A stretch of DNA of 64,000 bases from the human T2T-CHM13v2.0 reference genome, Homo sapiens, in the NCBI RefSeq assembly GCF_009914755.1, contig NC_060933.1. The stretch is one strand, 5' to 3'. A program made the position numbers and the translations under genes. Position 1 is the first letter of the stretch. Each line of letters starts with the position of its first letter. Positions 62,174 to 64,000 of this stretch are shown one piece after another. The notes under the pieces were generated by a model. It saw only the letters and a list, made by a program, of their open reading frames with translations. It was not told the origin of the DNA and made no database searches.

Positions 62174-62681
62174 TGATCTACTTCTAAGTTATAAGCCAAT
62201 ATCTTCCCTACCTTAATATCATACTTTCATAAGTATATCTAAAATTCCTAGATGTAACAACAGAAATGCTATTGTAATCTTTCTTTTTTTGTACTGTACT
62301 TTTATGGAGAACCCACTACCAGAAGAGTTAAATGTTTTTCAAGCCAATTGCTATTTACTTTTAATGATAATTACCAGAATCCACACACTGCCTTTTCTAG
62401 TTTTAGAAAAAACAGGCCATTTTATTTCCGGGCAAAGCTCATGTACCCTCCTGGCTACCTTCCTCAAGAGAACTGTTGTGAAAACAGTTCCATCTTCCCT
62501 CCCTGCTCCATCTTTTCTGAGCTTCCACTCTCTGACTCTACCCACTACTGTCCAGAGCAATACTTCAAGACAGAGTGCTGTGCCGATCTCTACTGTGGGA
62601 CAGAATATCAACACGTGAGTACACAAAGTCAAACCTAATCTGAAACCCTTTAGTAGTAGTTCAGTGGAACTCAGGACTCAC

Positions 62682-62858
62682 CTGTGTTTTTTCTTGAATA
62701 AGGACTTTATCCGATGGAGAAACTGGATATGGTTTCAAGGGAGCCTTTATGGTGGTAAATATGAACTCTGTGTGGCTTTCAATAACACTATTCAGATATG
62801 TTCCTTCAGACTTTGCTTTATAGTACACTGTGATTTCATCAGTTGGAACCAGATTGCA
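62682..62858 (-). CDS. IARS1: IARS1 coding exon (CNLVPTDE...IQEKTQ)
   Basis: 177 nt with ttttcag| acceptor and CAG|gtgagt donor; in frame with neighbouring exons. Confidence 0.97.
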
Positions 62859-63743
62859 CTGAAAACACACACAGAAAAATTTAAAAGGGAAGTACATTCT
62901 ATTAATCAGAACTGAAGGAAGGTACTGTTGAACAAGGGCTACAGATCCCATGCTGAATCATCACAGAAGGGCAGTCACCCTTCCCTCCCTGCTGGGTGAT
63001 CCGTAAGACTAACTGCACTCAGTACATGATTAACTTTGTGTCTTTTTCACCACTCTTTGGGGGATAGGGCATGTTTCTTTTCCTAGAACAATCAGTACCT
63101 CATGAATGTTGAAACCAAGAAATTACTTAGAACCCACTTACAAAGCTCTGAACTGATTCAGAGGTCACAAGCACCCACTCATCTGCTGGAACAGCCTCCT
63201 CAGACCTTGAACCGTCTGGGAAGAAAGATGTATGTTAGCTGTCACTGCCCTCTACAGGGCAAGAAATTCCTGATTCTCTCACTAGCAGGGGCTTTGCAGC
63301 CCCTCTGCGCTCCAGGATGAGCTCCCTGCATATTCCTCAGCTCTCTAATAAGGAAAAACTACCCAACTCTGTCCAAATCCGGGAATCTCCCCTAAGCTAG
63401 AAGCCTGTCTATGCTGACTGCACCTCTGCCCTTCTGCAAAGACACTATCAGCTCTGATTACCTTCTGCTCCAGTCACAGGGGATATTCTGTAGAAGCCCA
63501 ACGGAGCTAAAAAAAAGGATGGGAAAAGGCACAGGCTGGCTGAAAGCTACGACTTGGGAGTGAACACGTGGGGAGAGGAAGAGGAGTGACTTTTCTGCAG
63601 AATACATTCCAAATGGACTATGGATTAGTGATTGTTATGCATTGATCACTATGGTTTATATTACCTGCCTCTCCTATCTTCTCCAAACAACCAAAACAAA
63701 CAAAAAGCCAAAACAGTAGCTTATTCTTAACTGACAAACTAAC

Positions 63744-63839
63744 CTTTTTGCGAAGTTTCTGTATGCGATTGATGACTTCCCGAGCCATTCCTTCATCTAC
63801 CATTGACTGGTCAGGAGTGACATCTAAGAGGACCAAAGC
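63744..63839 (-). CDS. IARS1: IARS1 coding exon (ALVLLDVTPDQSMVDEGMAREVINRIQKLRKK)
   Basis: 96 nt with ttcccacag| acceptor and AAG|gttagt donor, phase 0/0. The peptide matches the IleRS C-terminal EGMAREVINRIQKLRK motif. Confidence 0.97.
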
Positions 63840-64000
63840 CTGTGGGAATGAACAGTGCACACCATGACAATCAAATAAGGAGAAACACTTCTTCCCAACT
63901 CAGCAAAATGTTATTTAAATCTGGAGAGTCTATAATGCAGCACTATTTTTTCACACAAATGAGCAAAAGCAATAAAATTAATCTAGTTTATCATTCAGGT

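Overview
This is primate, almost certainly human, genomic DNA, recognisable as the 9q22 region at the 3' end of IARS1. The right half (30.7-64 kb) holds the last seven coding exons and 3' UTR of IARS1 (cytosolic isoleucyl-tRNA synthetase) on the minus strand, all with canonical GT-AG boundaries and a continuous frame. Its introns carry a full-length inactivated L1PA2/3 nested inside an Alu, a 5'-truncated sense-oriented SVA nested in an MLT1 LTR, and an old processed SEC13 retrocopy. The left part (4-10.5 kb, minus strand) is a disrupted trypsin-fold serine protease gene (PRSS47P); its catalytic-Ser exon is not in the window. The most unexpected observation is missed by the ORF track: two consecutive intron-separated exons of a USP6NL/TBC1D3-type TBC (Rab-GAP) domain lie about 0.5 kb upstream of the protease exon 1. 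Their frame is open, their splice sites are intact, and they can splice in frame into the protease exons. The L1 antisense ORF0 donor is also in phase with the IARS1 terminal exon. The remainder is dense Alu/L1/LTR repeat. Family assignments and reference comparisons come from recalled sequences, not database searches.
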